Shown: in pieces, positions 30,966-45,037 of the stretch
Position numbering within the stretch: the first letter of the stretch is position 1
Layout: each line of letters begins with the position of its first letter
Assembly: GCA_965216395.1 (NCBI GenBank)
Contig: OZ244156.1
Span: forward strand, 648,765-712,764
Direction of reading: 5' to 3'
DNA length: 64,000 nt
DNA from: Alphaproteobacteria bacterium
Lineage (GTDB): Bacteria > Pseudomonadota > Alphaproteobacteria > Micavibrionales > SZUA-601
Translations under genes and position numbers: made by a program
The notes under the pieces: generated by a model
What the model was told of the DNA's origin: nothing
Seen by the model: only the letters and a program-made list of their open reading frames with translations
Database searches by the model: none

Positions 30966-32369
30966 TCACGATAATTGATGTTGAATTCGCTTCATTACTT
31001 CCTCTTTACCAAGAACAGATAAAACTTGCTTTAAATCAGGTGCATTCATCGTACCACACACAGCCGCGCGTAAAACAGGACCAATTTTCCCCATCTTAAG
31101 ATCGAGTTCTGTCATAAGGTCTTGAAAGAGTTCTTGTGCTGCATCTTGGCTTAGAACATCCAAAGCGCATATCTTATCTAACGCAGTTTGCAAGACAAGT
31201 GTTGCATGGTCTTTTTTTAATGTGTTTTGTGCTTTTTCATCCATAGGAATGGGTAAATCATGAACATAGAATACAGCCGATTCAGCCAATTCTTTAAGTG
31301 TTTTCGCCCTTTCTTTTAATCCATTCATAGCGCTTTTTAAGACATGGATATCATGCTCAGTTAAAATTTTATCGAGCTGCTTTTCCAGTCTTGGAATAAT
31401 GTTATCAACTAATTCTTGATTATCAGATTGACGAATATAATGGCCATTCAGATTATCAAGTTTGGCAAAATCAAATTGCGCGGGTGATTTTTGAATATTT
31501 TCAAGGTTAAACCACGCAATAGCTTGCTCATCTGAAATAATTTCATCATCGCCATGCGACCAACCTAACCGCAGTAAATAATTGCGCAGTGCAACAGGCA
31601 AGTAGCCTATTTCTTCATATTCATGAACACCCATTGCACCGTGACGTTTAGAAAGCTTTTTGCCATCCGAACCATGGATAAGGGGAATATGACAGAAAAC
31701 AGGTGTGTCCCAATCACATGCCGTATACAAAACCTTTTGTCGAAACGCGTTGTTAAAATGTTCATTACCGCGAATAACATGGGTGATATTCATATCATGG
31801 TCATCGACAACAACGGATAACATATAAGTGGGTGTGCCATCACTACGTACTAAAATCATGTCATCAAGTTGGTTATTATCAATCGTAACAGTCCCTTGGA
31901 CGGCATCTTCAACCGTTGTTTCACCTGTTAATGGCGCTTTGATACGTATAACGGGGTCTATATCTTTAGGGGCATCTTCTGCTGTTTTGTCGCGCCATGG
32001 ACTGCGAAAATGAAAACCTTTCCCCAGTTTTTCAGCTTCTTCTCTCAAGCTTGCAAGTTCTTCCTTTGACGTATAGCAATAATAAGCTTTGCCTTGTTCC
32101 ACAAGTTTTTTGGCTACATCAACATGACGATCTTTGCGCGCAAACTGAAAAAATGGGTCATCATCCCAATCCAGACCGAGCCATTTTAATCCATTGATCA
32201 GTGCATCAACCGCCTGTTCAGTGGAACGATCGCGGTCTGTGTCTTCAATGCGTAACAAAAATTTTCCTTGATATTTTTTAGCGTATAAATAGCAAAAAAG
32301 TGCCGTACGTGCGGTTCCAATATGCATATATCCAGTGGGTGAGGGGGCAATACGTGTAATCACAGTCAT
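30966..32369 (-). CDS. gltX: Glutamate--tRNA ligase
   Basis: RIAPSPTGYMHIG (HIGH) and KLSKR (KMSKS) motifs. The start is placed at MTVITR (32369) rather than the 22-codon-longer tracked ORF. Confidence 0.93.
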   Translation of the reverse strand: MTVITRIAPSPTGYMHIGTARTALFCYLYAKKYQGKFLLRIEDTDRDRSTEQAVDALINGLKWLGLDWDDDPFFQFARKDRHVDVAKKLVEQGKAYYCYTSKEELASLREEAEKLGKGFHFRSPWRDKTAEDAPKDIDPVIRIKAPLTGETTVEDAVQGTVTIDNNQLDDMILVRSDGTPTYMLSVVVDDHDMNITHVIRGNEHFNNAFRQKVLYTACDWDTPVFCHIPLIHGSDGKKLSKRHGAMGVHEYEEIGYLPVALRNYLLRLGWSHGDDEIISDEQAIAWFNLENIQKSPAQFDFAKLDNLNGHYIRQSDNQELVDNIIPRLEKQLDKILTEHDIHVLKSAMNGLKERAKTLKELAESAVFYVHDLPIPMDEKAQNTLKKDHATLVLQTALDKICALDVLSQDAAQELFQDLMTELDLKMGKIGPVLRAAVCGTMNAPDLKQVLSVLGKEEVMKRIQHQLS

Positions 32370-32420
32370 AAATTTGTCTCTTGCGTTAATATTAAAAACA
32401 TTCCATACAATAAGCCTGAG

Positions 32421-34523
32421 ATGATAAAAGATCAACGTGATATCTTAAGTAAACTATGGTGGCTCTTTTTTGAAAAACAAAAGGGCAATATTTTGCTTTG
32501 GTATGTTGTTACTTTGTGTATAGGTATACTTATTTATTTTTCTCTAAGATTTGAGCCCAATCCACATATTTTATACTCACTGACACTTGTTTCAGCGGCA
32601 TTGATTGTAATTTTTCGCAAAAATCCAAGTATTAAAATCTGTACCATCAGTATTTTTATGATCAGTTTAGGGATGAGTGTTTCCGTCTGGCGCACACATA
32701 GCTTATCAACCCATTTACTTTACAAAGATTTGCGGGCTCAAATGATTACTGGAACAGTTCAATCCTTTGAACCCGCGGCTATTGGCTGGCGTATTATTTT
32801 ATCTGATCTTAAATTTGAAAAATTGAACAAGAATAAAAAACCGAGCAAAATCCGTGTAACTATTCGACAAAAAGATTATCAACCTCAATATCAACAACGT
32901 ATTAAAGTTTATGCACGTGTCATGGCGCCTTCCGCACCGATTGTCCCTGGTGTCTATGACTTTCAAAGACATGCGTATTTTCAAGGAATTGGTGGGTATG
33001 GATTTTCATTAGGAACACCGGAAATTATTAATTCTGGTTTCGAAAAAACCGGTCTTATTGTTATGATGCGTCATAAAATTGCCCAAAAAATATTACGACA
33101 TTTGTCACAACCCAATAGCGGCATTATTAATGCTCTACTCACAGGCCAGAAGAAAACCATTCACAATCGAGTAAGAAATGATTTACGGGATGCTGGCTTG
33201 GCGCATTTATTGGCTATATCTGGTCTCCATGTCGGTTTATTGGCTGGGATTATTTTTTATTTCAGTCGCATCCTATTGGTGATATTGACGAAACCAGATC
33301 ATAATATACCCATTAAAAAAATCAGTGCCTTTATCGCACTTATATCGTCCATTTTATATATGTTGTTGGTTGGTTCCCCTGTGTCAACACAGCGCGCTGT
33401 TATCATGACGGGTTTGGTTCTTATTGCTGTTATGACGGATCGCCGTGCTATTACACTGCGCTTAGTTGCGATTGCTGCTTTTATAATATTAATTTTGCAA
33501 CCAGAAAGTTTGATACAACCGGGGTTTCAAATGTCTTTTTCAGCGGTGATTGGCTTGGTTACTTTTTATCGTGGGACAGAACAATTTTGGCGTAAGTTTC
33601 GATATAGGGCAGGGCTCATTCGAAAAAGTTTAATTTATCCAACCGGTGCTATTGTAACGACCGTTATTGCAACCATATCTACGGCACCATTTGCGCTTTA
33701 TCATTTTCAACAAATATCTGTTTTTGGTTTTTTAGCCAATATGTTAGCGATGCCTATTATGGCTTTTTGGGTAATGCCCATGGGCGTCTTATCATATATA
33801 TCCATGCTGGCTGGGTTGGAATATTGGCCCTTAAATTTAATGACTTATGGTGTTTTCCTGATCCGTATTATTGCTGAATCGGTCGCGCATATGGATGGTG
33901 CAGTTAAACTTTTCCCCCTTATGTCTGCTTTGACATTATTTATTTTATCCAGTGGATTTTTAATCCTTTCTTTTGTTAAAGGGGTATGGCGTTTTATCGG
34001 TATACTGCCTTTGTTTATTGGTGCTGTGATGATTATGTTTCCAATTATTCCCATTGCAATGGTGAGTGGGTCTGGTCAATTAATGGTTTATGTCCCCAGC
34101 ACCCCGTCAAAAGAAATACTCATTTCACAAAAAGAAGATCGTTTTACAACAGATTTATTAAAACAACTCGCTGGTCGTGCAGAAATTAATATTTGGGAAA
34201 ATTCAATAAATAAAGATGAATTTTCCTGTGATGATTGGGGATGTATTGCAAAAAGGCAAGATAAAGTGATCGCTTTTTCAAAACATCCCGCTGCCTTAGA
34301 TGAAGATTGTAAAAAGGTGGATCTGTTAATAGCAACTTATCCGGTTGATTGGTGGTGCAAAACATGGGTGATTGATAAATTTGATACGTGGCGCAATGGC
34401 GGGTATATCATTTATCCCAAAGTCAAAGATGCTTTTAAAATTAAACATGTTTACCAAAATAGAGGGCATCGTCCATGGACAGAGCCACCAAAAGGCTCCA
34501 ATAAAAAACGTAACAGATATTAA
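32421..34523 (+). CDS. comEC: ComEC/Rec2-family inner-membrane protein
   Basis: 700 aa and polytopic. Competence-domain motif (GLAHLLAISGLHVG). No HxHxDH motif is visible in the C-terminal region. Confidence 0.8.
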   Translation: MIKDQRDILSKLWWLFFEKQKGNILLWYVVTLCIGILIYFSLRFEPNPHILYSLTLVSAALIVIFRKNPSIKICTISIFMISLGMSVSVWRTHSLSTHLLYKDLRAQMITGTVQSFEPAAIGWRIILSDLKFEKLNKNKKPSKIRVTIRQKDYQPQYQQRIKVYARVMAPSAPIVPGVYDFQRHAYFQGIGGYGFSLGTPEIINSGFEKTGLIVMMRHKIAQKILRHLSQPNSGIINALLTGQKKTIHNRVRNDLRDAGLAHLLAISGLHVGLLAGIIFYFSRILLVILTKPDHNIPIKKISAFIALISSILYMLLVGSPVSTQRAVIMTGLVLIAVMTDRRAITLRLVAIAAFIILILQPESLIQPGFQMSFSAVIGLVTFYRGTEQFWRKFRYRAGLIRKSLIYPTGAIVTTVIATISTAPFALYHFQQISVFGFLANMLAMPIMAFWVMPMGVLSYISMLAGLEYWPLNLMTYGVFLIRIIAESVAHMDGAVKLFPLMSALTLFILSSGFLILSFVKGVWRFIGILPLFIGAVMIMFPIIPIAMVSGSGQLMVYVPSTPSKEILISQKEDRFTTDLLKQLAGRAEINIWENSINKDEFSCDDWGCIAKRQDKVIAFSKHPAALDEDCKKVDLLIATYPVDWWCKTWVIDKFDTWRNGGYIIYPKVKDAFKIKHVYQNRGHRPWTEPPKGSNKKRNRY

Positions 34524-35176
34524 TATTGTCTAATTAATCCAGCAAGCTTTCCTTGTATTCTAACACGATCCGCAGAATAAGTTTGAACGGCATGATGGCG
34601 GTTTTCTGGATGTAGCTCAACAATATTATTAGAACGTTTTGCGAAACGTTTCAACGTCGCCTCTTCTTGGTCAATGAGGGCCACAACAATATCACCATTA
34701 TTAGCCGTTTCTGTGCGTTCAATAACAACGGTATCACCATCGTTAATTCCCGCTTCAACCATGGAATCACCATCAATAAGAAGTGCGTAATAATCACGGC
34801 CACGACTGATCATATCCGCGGGTGGTGAGATATGCCAACTGACATCTGTAATGGCTGAAATTGGTGTTCCAGCGGCAATTTTTCCATAGAGCGGGATAGT
34901 CAGAGATTCTGCAAAACCGGAAAGCATGCCTGCGGTTTTTGTTTTAATCGTATCCGTTTGATCATTCGGTAAGCGACACACTTCTATGGCGCGCGCTCTA
35001 TTCTTGATTCTTTTTAAAAAGCCACGTTCAACCAATGCTTTAACTAAGCGATCGACACCAGATTTAGATTTAAGACCAATCGCATGCATCATTTCTTCAA
35101 AAGATGGTGCCACGCCGTTTTCTTTGACGGTTTTATCAATAAATAAAAGTAAGTCGTGTTGTTTACGTGTTAACAT
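34520..35176 (-). CDS. lexA: LexA repressor
   Basis: MLTRKQ...wHTH N-terminus and S24 peptidase C-terminus (GDSM...KRF). Cognate GTTC-N7-GTTC box upstream. Confidence 0.95.
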   Translation of the reverse strand: MLTRKQHDLLLFIDKTVKENGVAPSFEEMMHAIGLKSKSGVDRLVKALVERGFLKRIKNRARAIEVCRLPNDQTDTIKTKTAGMLSGFAESLTIPLYGKIAAGTPISAITDVSWHISPPADMISRGRDYYALLIDGDSMVEAGINDGDTVVIERTETANNGDIVVALIDQEEATLKRFAKRSNNIVELHPENRHHAVQTYSADRVRIQGKLAGLIRQY

Positions 35177-35229
35177 GATATGCTTTCCTCTTTTATCAAT
35201 GTACTTGGTTTGTTCTATATTAAAAAAAA

Positions 35230-35244
35230 GAACATGTCAAGAAC
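35230..35244 (-). promoter_or_regulatory. Alphaproteobacterial-type LexA box (GTTC-N7-GTTC on the lexA strand)
   Basis: The plus strand reads GAACATGTCAAGAAC; the minus strand reads GTTCTTGACATGTTC. It lies 54-68 nt upstream of the lexA ATG and contains a TTGACA -35-like hexamer. Confidence 0.7.
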
Positions 35245-35304
35245 TTCTTTGATTTGCTATTCTATTAGTAGATTGTTCATTAATTCACCGTTGAATACGT
35301 AACC

Positions 35305-36525
35305 ATGTACCCATATCAAGAATATAAACCAAAAAAACCACGCCATTTAAAGTTGATTATTATCGCTAGTATTATGGGGGTGGTAATTCTTTTATCTTTA
35401 ATAGCTTATTTTAAAATATTAAATTCAAAACAAAATAAGACTATTGATTATCCAGAGAAAATATCCCGCTCTGCAGCACAAATTTACGATCTAGAATCTC
35501 GTTTTCAAATTGAAGAAAATATTGTTTCGCAAACAATTCAAAACATTGACCAAGGCACGTATTGGGACGAAGATATTTTATATAATCATGAAAAACCAGA
35601 GGAAGAAAAACGATCATATGCTGATGAAAATAAGCCGATTATAAAACATACCGCGCCCCTTGTTGAAAAGAATGAACGTGTGAAATACCAGCCAAAATCA
35701 GTAAAAGATTCAAAGAATTTAAAATGGCTTAATCATGCCATCTCTCATAAAAATATTGATTTTAATAAACCTATGATTGCAATTGTCATTGATGATTTAG
35801 GTATTGATAAGAAACGTACCCAAGCCGTTATTGATATTGATGTGCCATTAACATTGGCTTTTCTCCCTTATCCAACACAACTTTTAGAGCAAACTACACG
35901 TGCCAAAGAAGCGGGGCATGAATTAATCATTCATATGCCAATGGAACCGAGTAATCTTGAAGATAATAATCCTGGGCCGAATGCGTTGCTTGTTCATAAT
36001 GAGAATGATGTGAATATTAAAAATTTAACAGAAAGCTTGAATAAATTTGATGGCTATATTGGCATTAATAATCATATGGGTAGTCGCTTTACCGCAAATT
36101 ACGATGCAATGGGCCCTATTTTAGAGGTGATTAAGGAACGTGGATTGCTCTTTTTAGATTCGCGCACGGTTGGTGGAAACGTAACCAAAAAATTAGCCGG
36201 AGAATTAGCGCTTTCGATGGTAACGCGCGATGTTTTTCTCGATCATTATTCAGATCGTGCACGCATTGACGAAAGTTTAGAAAAAGCCACGCAACTAGCC
36301 CTTAAAAAGGGCACAGCCATTGCGATTGGACACCCAAAGACACATACAATTGCTGCCTTGAATGATTGGGTTTCTTCAGCAGAAGAGGCGGGGGTGCAAA
36401 TTGTCCCTTTAAGCGCTGTGGCTATTAAGAGACTGAATATAGCTTCAAGCAAAAATTTGCCACAAGAAACGGCTGGAACTTCACAAAAAACCAATTCAAA
36501 TCAAACGCCAATTATCTGGGAATAG
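35305..36525 (+). CDS. Divergent polysaccharide deacetylase family protein (YibQ-like) with N-terminal TM anchor and unique ~140-aa linker
   Basis: TM helix at residues ~15-38. C-terminal domain with IAIVIDDLG...LAFLPYP...HELIIHMPMEP, typical of the YibQ/PF04748 family. Confidence 0.7.
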   Translation: MYPYQEYKPKKPRHLKLIIIASIMGVVILLSLIAYFKILNSKQNKTIDYPEKISRSAAQIYDLESRFQIEENIVSQTIQNIDQGTYWDEDILYNHEKPEEEKRSYADENKPIIKHTAPLVEKNERVKYQPKSVKDSKNLKWLNHAISHKNIDFNKPMIAIVIDDLGIDKKRTQAVIDIDVPLTLAFLPYPTQLLEQTTRAKEAGHELIIHMPMEPSNLEDNNPGPNALLVHNENDVNIKNLTESLNKFDGYIGINNHMGSRFTANYDAMGPILEVIKERGLLFLDSRTVGGNVTKKLAGELALSMVTRDVFLDHYSDRARIDESLEKATQLALKKGTAIAIGHPKTHTIAALNDWVSSAEEAGVQIVPLSAVAIKRLNIASSKNLPQETAGTSQKTNSNQTPIIWE

Positions 36526-36528
36526 CCT

Positions 36529-36960
36529 CTAAACAGTATATTTCTTATTCCAAGTTTTAGGAAAATCAATATTTAATGCATAAAAGAAACGGATTAATTG
36601 TCCATGATGCTGTATTTCGTGTGTTAAAAGGTCAAATAAAATATTAATTTGGTCTTGTGTAAATAAATCAAAGTTCAATGTTTTTTCTTTTAATTTTTGT
36701 AATGTTTCTGTTAATTTTATCGAAAGTTTTTCAACGGTGATCGGTTTTTCAAGGTCACAAGAAAAACCGATCCATTTCTTATGCTCAATTGCTTTAATAT
36801 AGCTTTGACGTGCACCAATGATACACCAAAATTGTTCACCGATTGTGTTTGAACGTATTTTAGGAATCTTTTTCTCAAGTAAATCGTTGCTTAAATTTTC
36901 AATTAAATCAAATGTAAGGTTAAAAGACTCTTCAATACGATCTAATAATAAATTATTCAT
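36529..36960 (-). CDS. DinB-superfamily-like small protein
   Basis: 143 aa and AT-rich. The C-terminal LLTHEIQHHGQLIRF resembles the DinB_2/YfiT helix-bundle His motif. Begins 3 nt after ppiD on the same strand. Confidence 0.45.
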   Translation of the reverse strand: MNNLLLDRIEESFNLTFDLIENLSNDLLEKKIPKIRSNTIGEQFWCIIGARQSYIKAIEHKKWIGFSCDLEKPITVEKLSIKLTETLQKLKEKTLNFDLFTQDQINILFDLLTHEIQHHGQLIRFFYALNIDFPKTWNKKYTV

Positions 36961-36963
36961 TTC

Positions 36964-38853
36964 TTATTCCGTTTCTGGTGCTTGTAAAAAATTTTGCTGA
37001 AAAAGCGGTGTATTGATTTGGACACCTATATCATCCTTCCATGCATTAACAAACTGCTGTTGCATTTCGGCTTGAATATTCTGTTTTAAGGCTTTTTGGA
37101 TATTTTTGATTTCGTCACTGTTTTGTGGCACGCTTTCAACTGATTTGATGGCATTTAGGCGAATGATTTTGATATCCGACCCCACACGTAATGATGAAAG
37201 ATCATTGTCAGGCGTAAGAGAAAAAATCAGCTGTGCTTCATCTGTAGAAACAGCAACACCGTCTTTGGGTGTTCTATTGACCGCGCGTGTTTGTCTAAAG
37301 GGCAGATTATTATGATGTGCAAGCTCTGCAAGCGTTTTTTCGCCCTTATTATAGATCGTCATAATATCAGTCGCTTTGTTTTGAATAGCTATATTTTCTT
37401 TCTGGTTTTTAAGAATTTTCTTAATATCTGATTGAACGGCCTCAAAACTTTGTACGGATTCAGGTTTTATATTTGTTACTTGAATCAGCATAAAACTCCC
37501 ATCACTGAGTTCAAGAACAGGGCTGATTTCATCTTTTTCAATCATAAAAGCTGTTTCAAGAATATCTTGTCGATCCATTGCTTTTTCTGGTAATTCTTTA
37601 CGATTCGCATCATTCATGGTGAGATCTTGAATTGATTGAAGTGTCACATCATATTGTTTGGATAATTCACTCAAACGAATGCCGTCTGCGATCGCATTAT
37701 CTAAATCATCCGCCATATTGTATATTTGTTGATCAATTTCTTGGTCTCTAAGAATGTTTTTGATTTCCGCAGAAACTTCATTGAAGGGCTTATACTGATC
37801 TTTTTTTACATCTGTAATTTTTATAATATGGTGTCCTAAACTAGATTGAACAGGGCCAATAATATCAGACTGATCCGCATTTTTAAGAGCTATGGATATT
37901 TCTGAAGGTAAATCTTTGGCAATAAACCAATCATTTTTAATCCATCGGCCTTGATCTTTAAGTGTTTCAAAATCACGCTCACTAAGGCTGGAAAAGGCCT
38001 CTTCTGCTTGATCGAAGTCATTAAGAATGACCTGTGTCATTTGATATGAATTGGGCAAAAGATATTCTGATTTATTTCTTTCATAAAAATCAGTAACCAT
38101 TTCATCGTCAATCACAATATCGCGCCCAATTGAATCAGGAGTCATATGAAATATTTGTACAGAGCGTGTTTCTGGTGTGCTAAAGTTATTTTGATTTTGT
38201 TGGTAATAGTTTTGCATCTCATCTTCTGAGACTTGAACATTTTTACGAACATCTTTGGGTGAAATTGTAACAATTTCTGCGATCCGTTTTTCATTATTAA
38301 AACGGTATATCGATTCAACAATTTCTTGATTATCTTTACCTGTGTTTTCGGTCACATAACTCATTAATGAGGCCATGATATCCTCACGCGTGCCGCGGGT
38401 AAATTGTGCCTCTGACATATTCATTTGTCGCAAAGCAAAATCTAAATTCGCCGCATCATCATCGCCTGTAAGACCGGCTTGATCCAATTGAGTTTTTATA
38501 GATTTAGCGACAAAGGGGTCACCAATGCGAATTTGGCTTTCATATCCTGCTTGGACTAAGGTCAATCGGTTAATTTCTCGTGCTAATACCATTTGCGGGA
38601 TGCCGTAACTACGCGCAAGTTCTGGTGGAATATTGTTACGATTAATTTCTCGTGTAAAAATTTGATGAAAAAGCGGCAAAGAAAGTTCAACATCACCAAT
38701 TTTTGCAATTGTTTGACGGCCAATTCCGCCATTAAAAAATCCGCCCGCATCAGTTAAAACCAAGCCAAATGTTGCCAGCCCCATTAAGCCAAAGAAAATA
38801 AAGCGTAAAACCCCAGATTGGGCACCTTCGCGCATTGCATTTAACATGATCAA
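36964..38853 (-). CDS. ppiD: Periplasmic peptidyl-prolyl isomerase/chaperone PpiD-like (SurA N-terminal domain protein)
   Basis: 629 aa with an N-terminal TM anchor and long chaperone domains around a parvulin-like segment (GPVQSSLGHHIIKI). Confidence 0.8.
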   Translation of the reverse strand: MIMLNAMREGAQSGVLRFIFFGLMGLATFGLVLTDAGGFFNGGIGRQTIAKIGDVELSLPLFHQIFTREINRNNIPPELARSYGIPQMVLAREINRLTLVQAGYESQIRIGDPFVAKSIKTQLDQAGLTGDDDAANLDFALRQMNMSEAQFTRGTREDIMASLMSYVTENTGKDNQEIVESIYRFNNEKRIAEIVTISPKDVRKNVQVSEDEMQNYYQQNQNNFSTPETRSVQIFHMTPDSIGRDIVIDDEMVTDFYERNKSEYLLPNSYQMTQVILNDFDQAEEAFSSLSERDFETLKDQGRWIKNDWFIAKDLPSEISIALKNADQSDIIGPVQSSLGHHIIKITDVKKDQYKPFNEVSAEIKNILRDQEIDQQIYNMADDLDNAIADGIRLSELSKQYDVTLQSIQDLTMNDANRKELPEKAMDRQDILETAFMIEKDEISPVLELSDGSFMLIQVTNIKPESVQSFEAVQSDIKKILKNQKENIAIQNKATDIMTIYNKGEKTLAELAHHNNLPFRQTRAVNRTPKDGVAVSTDEAQLIFSLTPDNDLSSLRVGSDIKIIRLNAIKSVESVPQNSDEIKNIQKALKQNIQAEMQQQFVNAWKDDIGVQINTPLFQQNFLQAPETE

Positions 38854-39007
38854 TCCTCAATTAGATATGTGTTTCTTAAAAATTAGAGCCGTATCATAGC
38901 GTCCGATTGTGCCAAGAGCAATGATAGAATATTTTTCAATTATCCCTAGCCAATCTTTGGATATCTTGCTATTAAAAAAGACAGTTATAAAATAAGAGAA
39001 TTAAAAA

Positions 39008-39748
39008 ATGAAAAAACTCATTGCTGGTAATTGGAAAATGAATACTTCACGCCAAGAAGCGCGTGATTTAGCAAAGGGGTTGGTGGCACAATTCACACAA
39101 TCGAATGAAGGTTTCGAAATGTTACTTTGCCCTCCTTCTACATGGCTTGGCGATGTCGCGCGTGAAATTGAAAATTCAGCGATTAAATTAGGCGGTCAAG
39201 ATTGTCATTTTGAAGATAAAGGCGCTTTTACAGGTAATATTTCTCCCAAAATGCTCAAAGAAATTGATTGTGAATACGTGATCTTAGGACATTCGGAACG
39301 CCGCGCGCAAATGCACGAAACCAATGATTTGATTAAAGCAAAAGCAGAAAAAGCCCATCAAAATGGTTTGGTGACTATTATTTGTGTTGGTGAACAAGAA
39401 AGCGAACGTATGGCAGGGATACAAGAAGATATTGTTATGAAACAAATATTGGAATCTGTACCTGAATCCTCTAATGCAAAAAATACAGTTATTGCTTATG
39501 AACCTGTTTGGGCTATCGGTACTGGAAAAACGGCGACATTGGACGATATTCGTAACATGCATCAATTTATTCACAATGTTGTTTCTAAAAAGCTTGACGG
39601 TGGCAACCATATCCGTATTCTTTATGGCGGTTCAGTTAAACCAAACAACGCAAAAGATATCATGACTATTACCCATGTTGGTGGTGTTTTAGTTGGTGGT
39701 GCTTCACTTAAAGTTGATGATTTTTCAGGAATCGCTAACGCTTCTTAA
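39008..39748 (+). CDS. tpiA: Triose-phosphate isomerase
   Basis: IAGNWKMN, GHSERR and AYEPVWAIGTG motifs. Confidence 0.96.
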   Translation: MKKLIAGNWKMNTSRQEARDLAKGLVAQFTQSNEGFEMLLCPPSTWLGDVAREIENSAIKLGGQDCHFEDKGAFTGNISPKMLKEIDCEYVILGHSERRAQMHETNDLIKAKAEKAHQNGLVTIICVGEQESERMAGIQEDIVMKQILESVPESSNAKNTVIAYEPVWAIGTGKTATLDDIRNMHQFIHNVVSKKLDGGNHIRILYGGSVKPNNAKDIMTITHVGGVLVGGASLKVDDFSGIANAS

Positions 39749-39769
39749 TGTAAAGGTTTAAAAAATATC

Positions 39770-41783
<2,014 letters not shown>

Positions 41784-41784
41784 A

Positions 41785-42479
41785 ATGACACAGCGTCCCA
41801 TTCCACCATATTACGCTAATCCAGATGATGCCAGTTGTCATCAAGCTGTTACAAAAATGATTTTAGAACATTTTGAACCTAACAAAAAGCGTTCATGGGA
41901 TGAGATAAATACTTTTTGTGGTGCTGAAAAAGGTAAAGGCTGTTGGGATTTTAAATCCATAGTAGAGTTTAGCCGAAACAATTATGATGTAACATGGTTT
42001 GACCGTGTTGATCTCAATGCGTTCATTAATGATCCTGTTGGATATATTCATCAAACAAATGGGTCAGATCAAGCAGATTTTTGTATTGACGAAGGTCCAG
42101 ACTTAGAAAAAGTTGTTTTGCAAGTAAAAGAACTCGTTGAAAATTTAACTAACATAGATTGGAAAAATAGAAGTTTTACAATAGAAACAATGCAAGATTA
42201 CATTTCACAAGGTTATCTTTTGCAAGTTTTTGTAAACCCGTATTTATTATACGGTGGGGAGTATCAGCCAGGAGGACATGTTGTTTTAGTTTATGACATG
42301 GATGAAAGAAATGTATTCTTCCACGATCCTGGAACAACTTTTCAAGATGGGCGCACTATGGATCAAAATCCAAGGATGAAACTAAGTCATGCAGATTTTA
42401 TGCGTGCAACAGTTGATAAACCTGGCAATCTTCCAGATGCATTTAAAGCCATTAAACCGAAAAAGAATGGATTAAGTTT

Positions 42480-42483
<4 letters not shown>
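41785..42483 (+). CDS. Stand-alone cytoplasmic papain-fold cysteine peptidase, C39-like (Peptidase_C39_2-like)
   Basis: 232 aa with no signal peptide. N(-6)...SC(18)[12 protein letters not shown] resembles the C39 Q-x5-C-G-x-A-x-L-x-M-I-L motif. [21 protein letters not shown] resembles the C39 H-F-V-V-L...DP His/Asp motif. 1-nt gap after pyrG and ATGA overlap with kdsA. Confidence 0.6.
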
Positions 42484-44586
<2,103 letters not shown>

Positions 44587-44670
44587 GGTGTATTAAGGGC
44601 TTATTTACAATTTGATTATTATTGTATGACCGTTGTATGATTGCGTTTTTGACAATTAGGAAAAAGTAAA

Positions 44671-44964
44671 ATGAATAAGAAACTAAGACATTATGTGACG
44701 CCGTGTCTCGTTGTGTTAGTGATTATTTATTTTGCTTTTTATACCTTATTTGGCCAACGTGGTCTTTACCGCATGTTTGAATTACAAGATCATTTACAAG
44801 TAACCCAGATAGAATATCACGAAATTCTTAAGCAGCGCGCAGATTTAGAACGTAATGTAGCTCTTTTAAAACCTAATAATCTGGATATAGATATGTTAGA
44901 TCAACGCGCGCGTGAGGTCTTAGGCCTTGCGCATCCTGATGATATTGTTATAAAATTTCGATAG
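44671..44964 (+). CDS. ftsB: Septum formation initiator family protein (FtsB/DivIC-like)
   Basis: 97 aa with an N-terminal TM helix followed by a coiled-coil. Conserved position after eno. Confidence 0.75.
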   Translation: MNKKLRHYVTPCLVVLVIIYFAFYTLFGQRGLYRMFELQDHLQVTQIEYHEILKQRADLERNVALLKPNNLDIDMLDQRAREVLGLAHPDDIVIKFR

Positions 44965-45037
44965 ATCAAAAATTCCTTGTTTCAAATCCTAATTTCCTTT
45001 AAGTCTAAAGGGCATTTTTTATTGACCATTTACGGAG

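Noticed and set aside
32370-32435. 22-codon N-terminal extension of gltX in the ORF track
   Set aside because: GluRS orthologs begin a few residues before the HIGH motif. MTVITRIAPSPTG at 32369 is the natural start, and the extension would overlap the comEC start region.
32421-34523. ComEC without a recognisable HxHxDH metallo-beta-lactamase motif
   Set aside because: ComEC/Rec2 homologs of about 700 aa with degenerate C-terminal domains are, to my knowledge, common in alphaproteobacteria. I cannot judge decay versus normal architecture without alignments.
35212-35233. TGTTC-N14-GAACA inverted repeat next to the LexA box
   Set aside because: It does not fit the E. coli-type CTGT-N8-ACAG box or the alphaproteobacterial direct repeat. 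One arm is simply the first GAAC of the N7 box, and the spacer is an A-tract.
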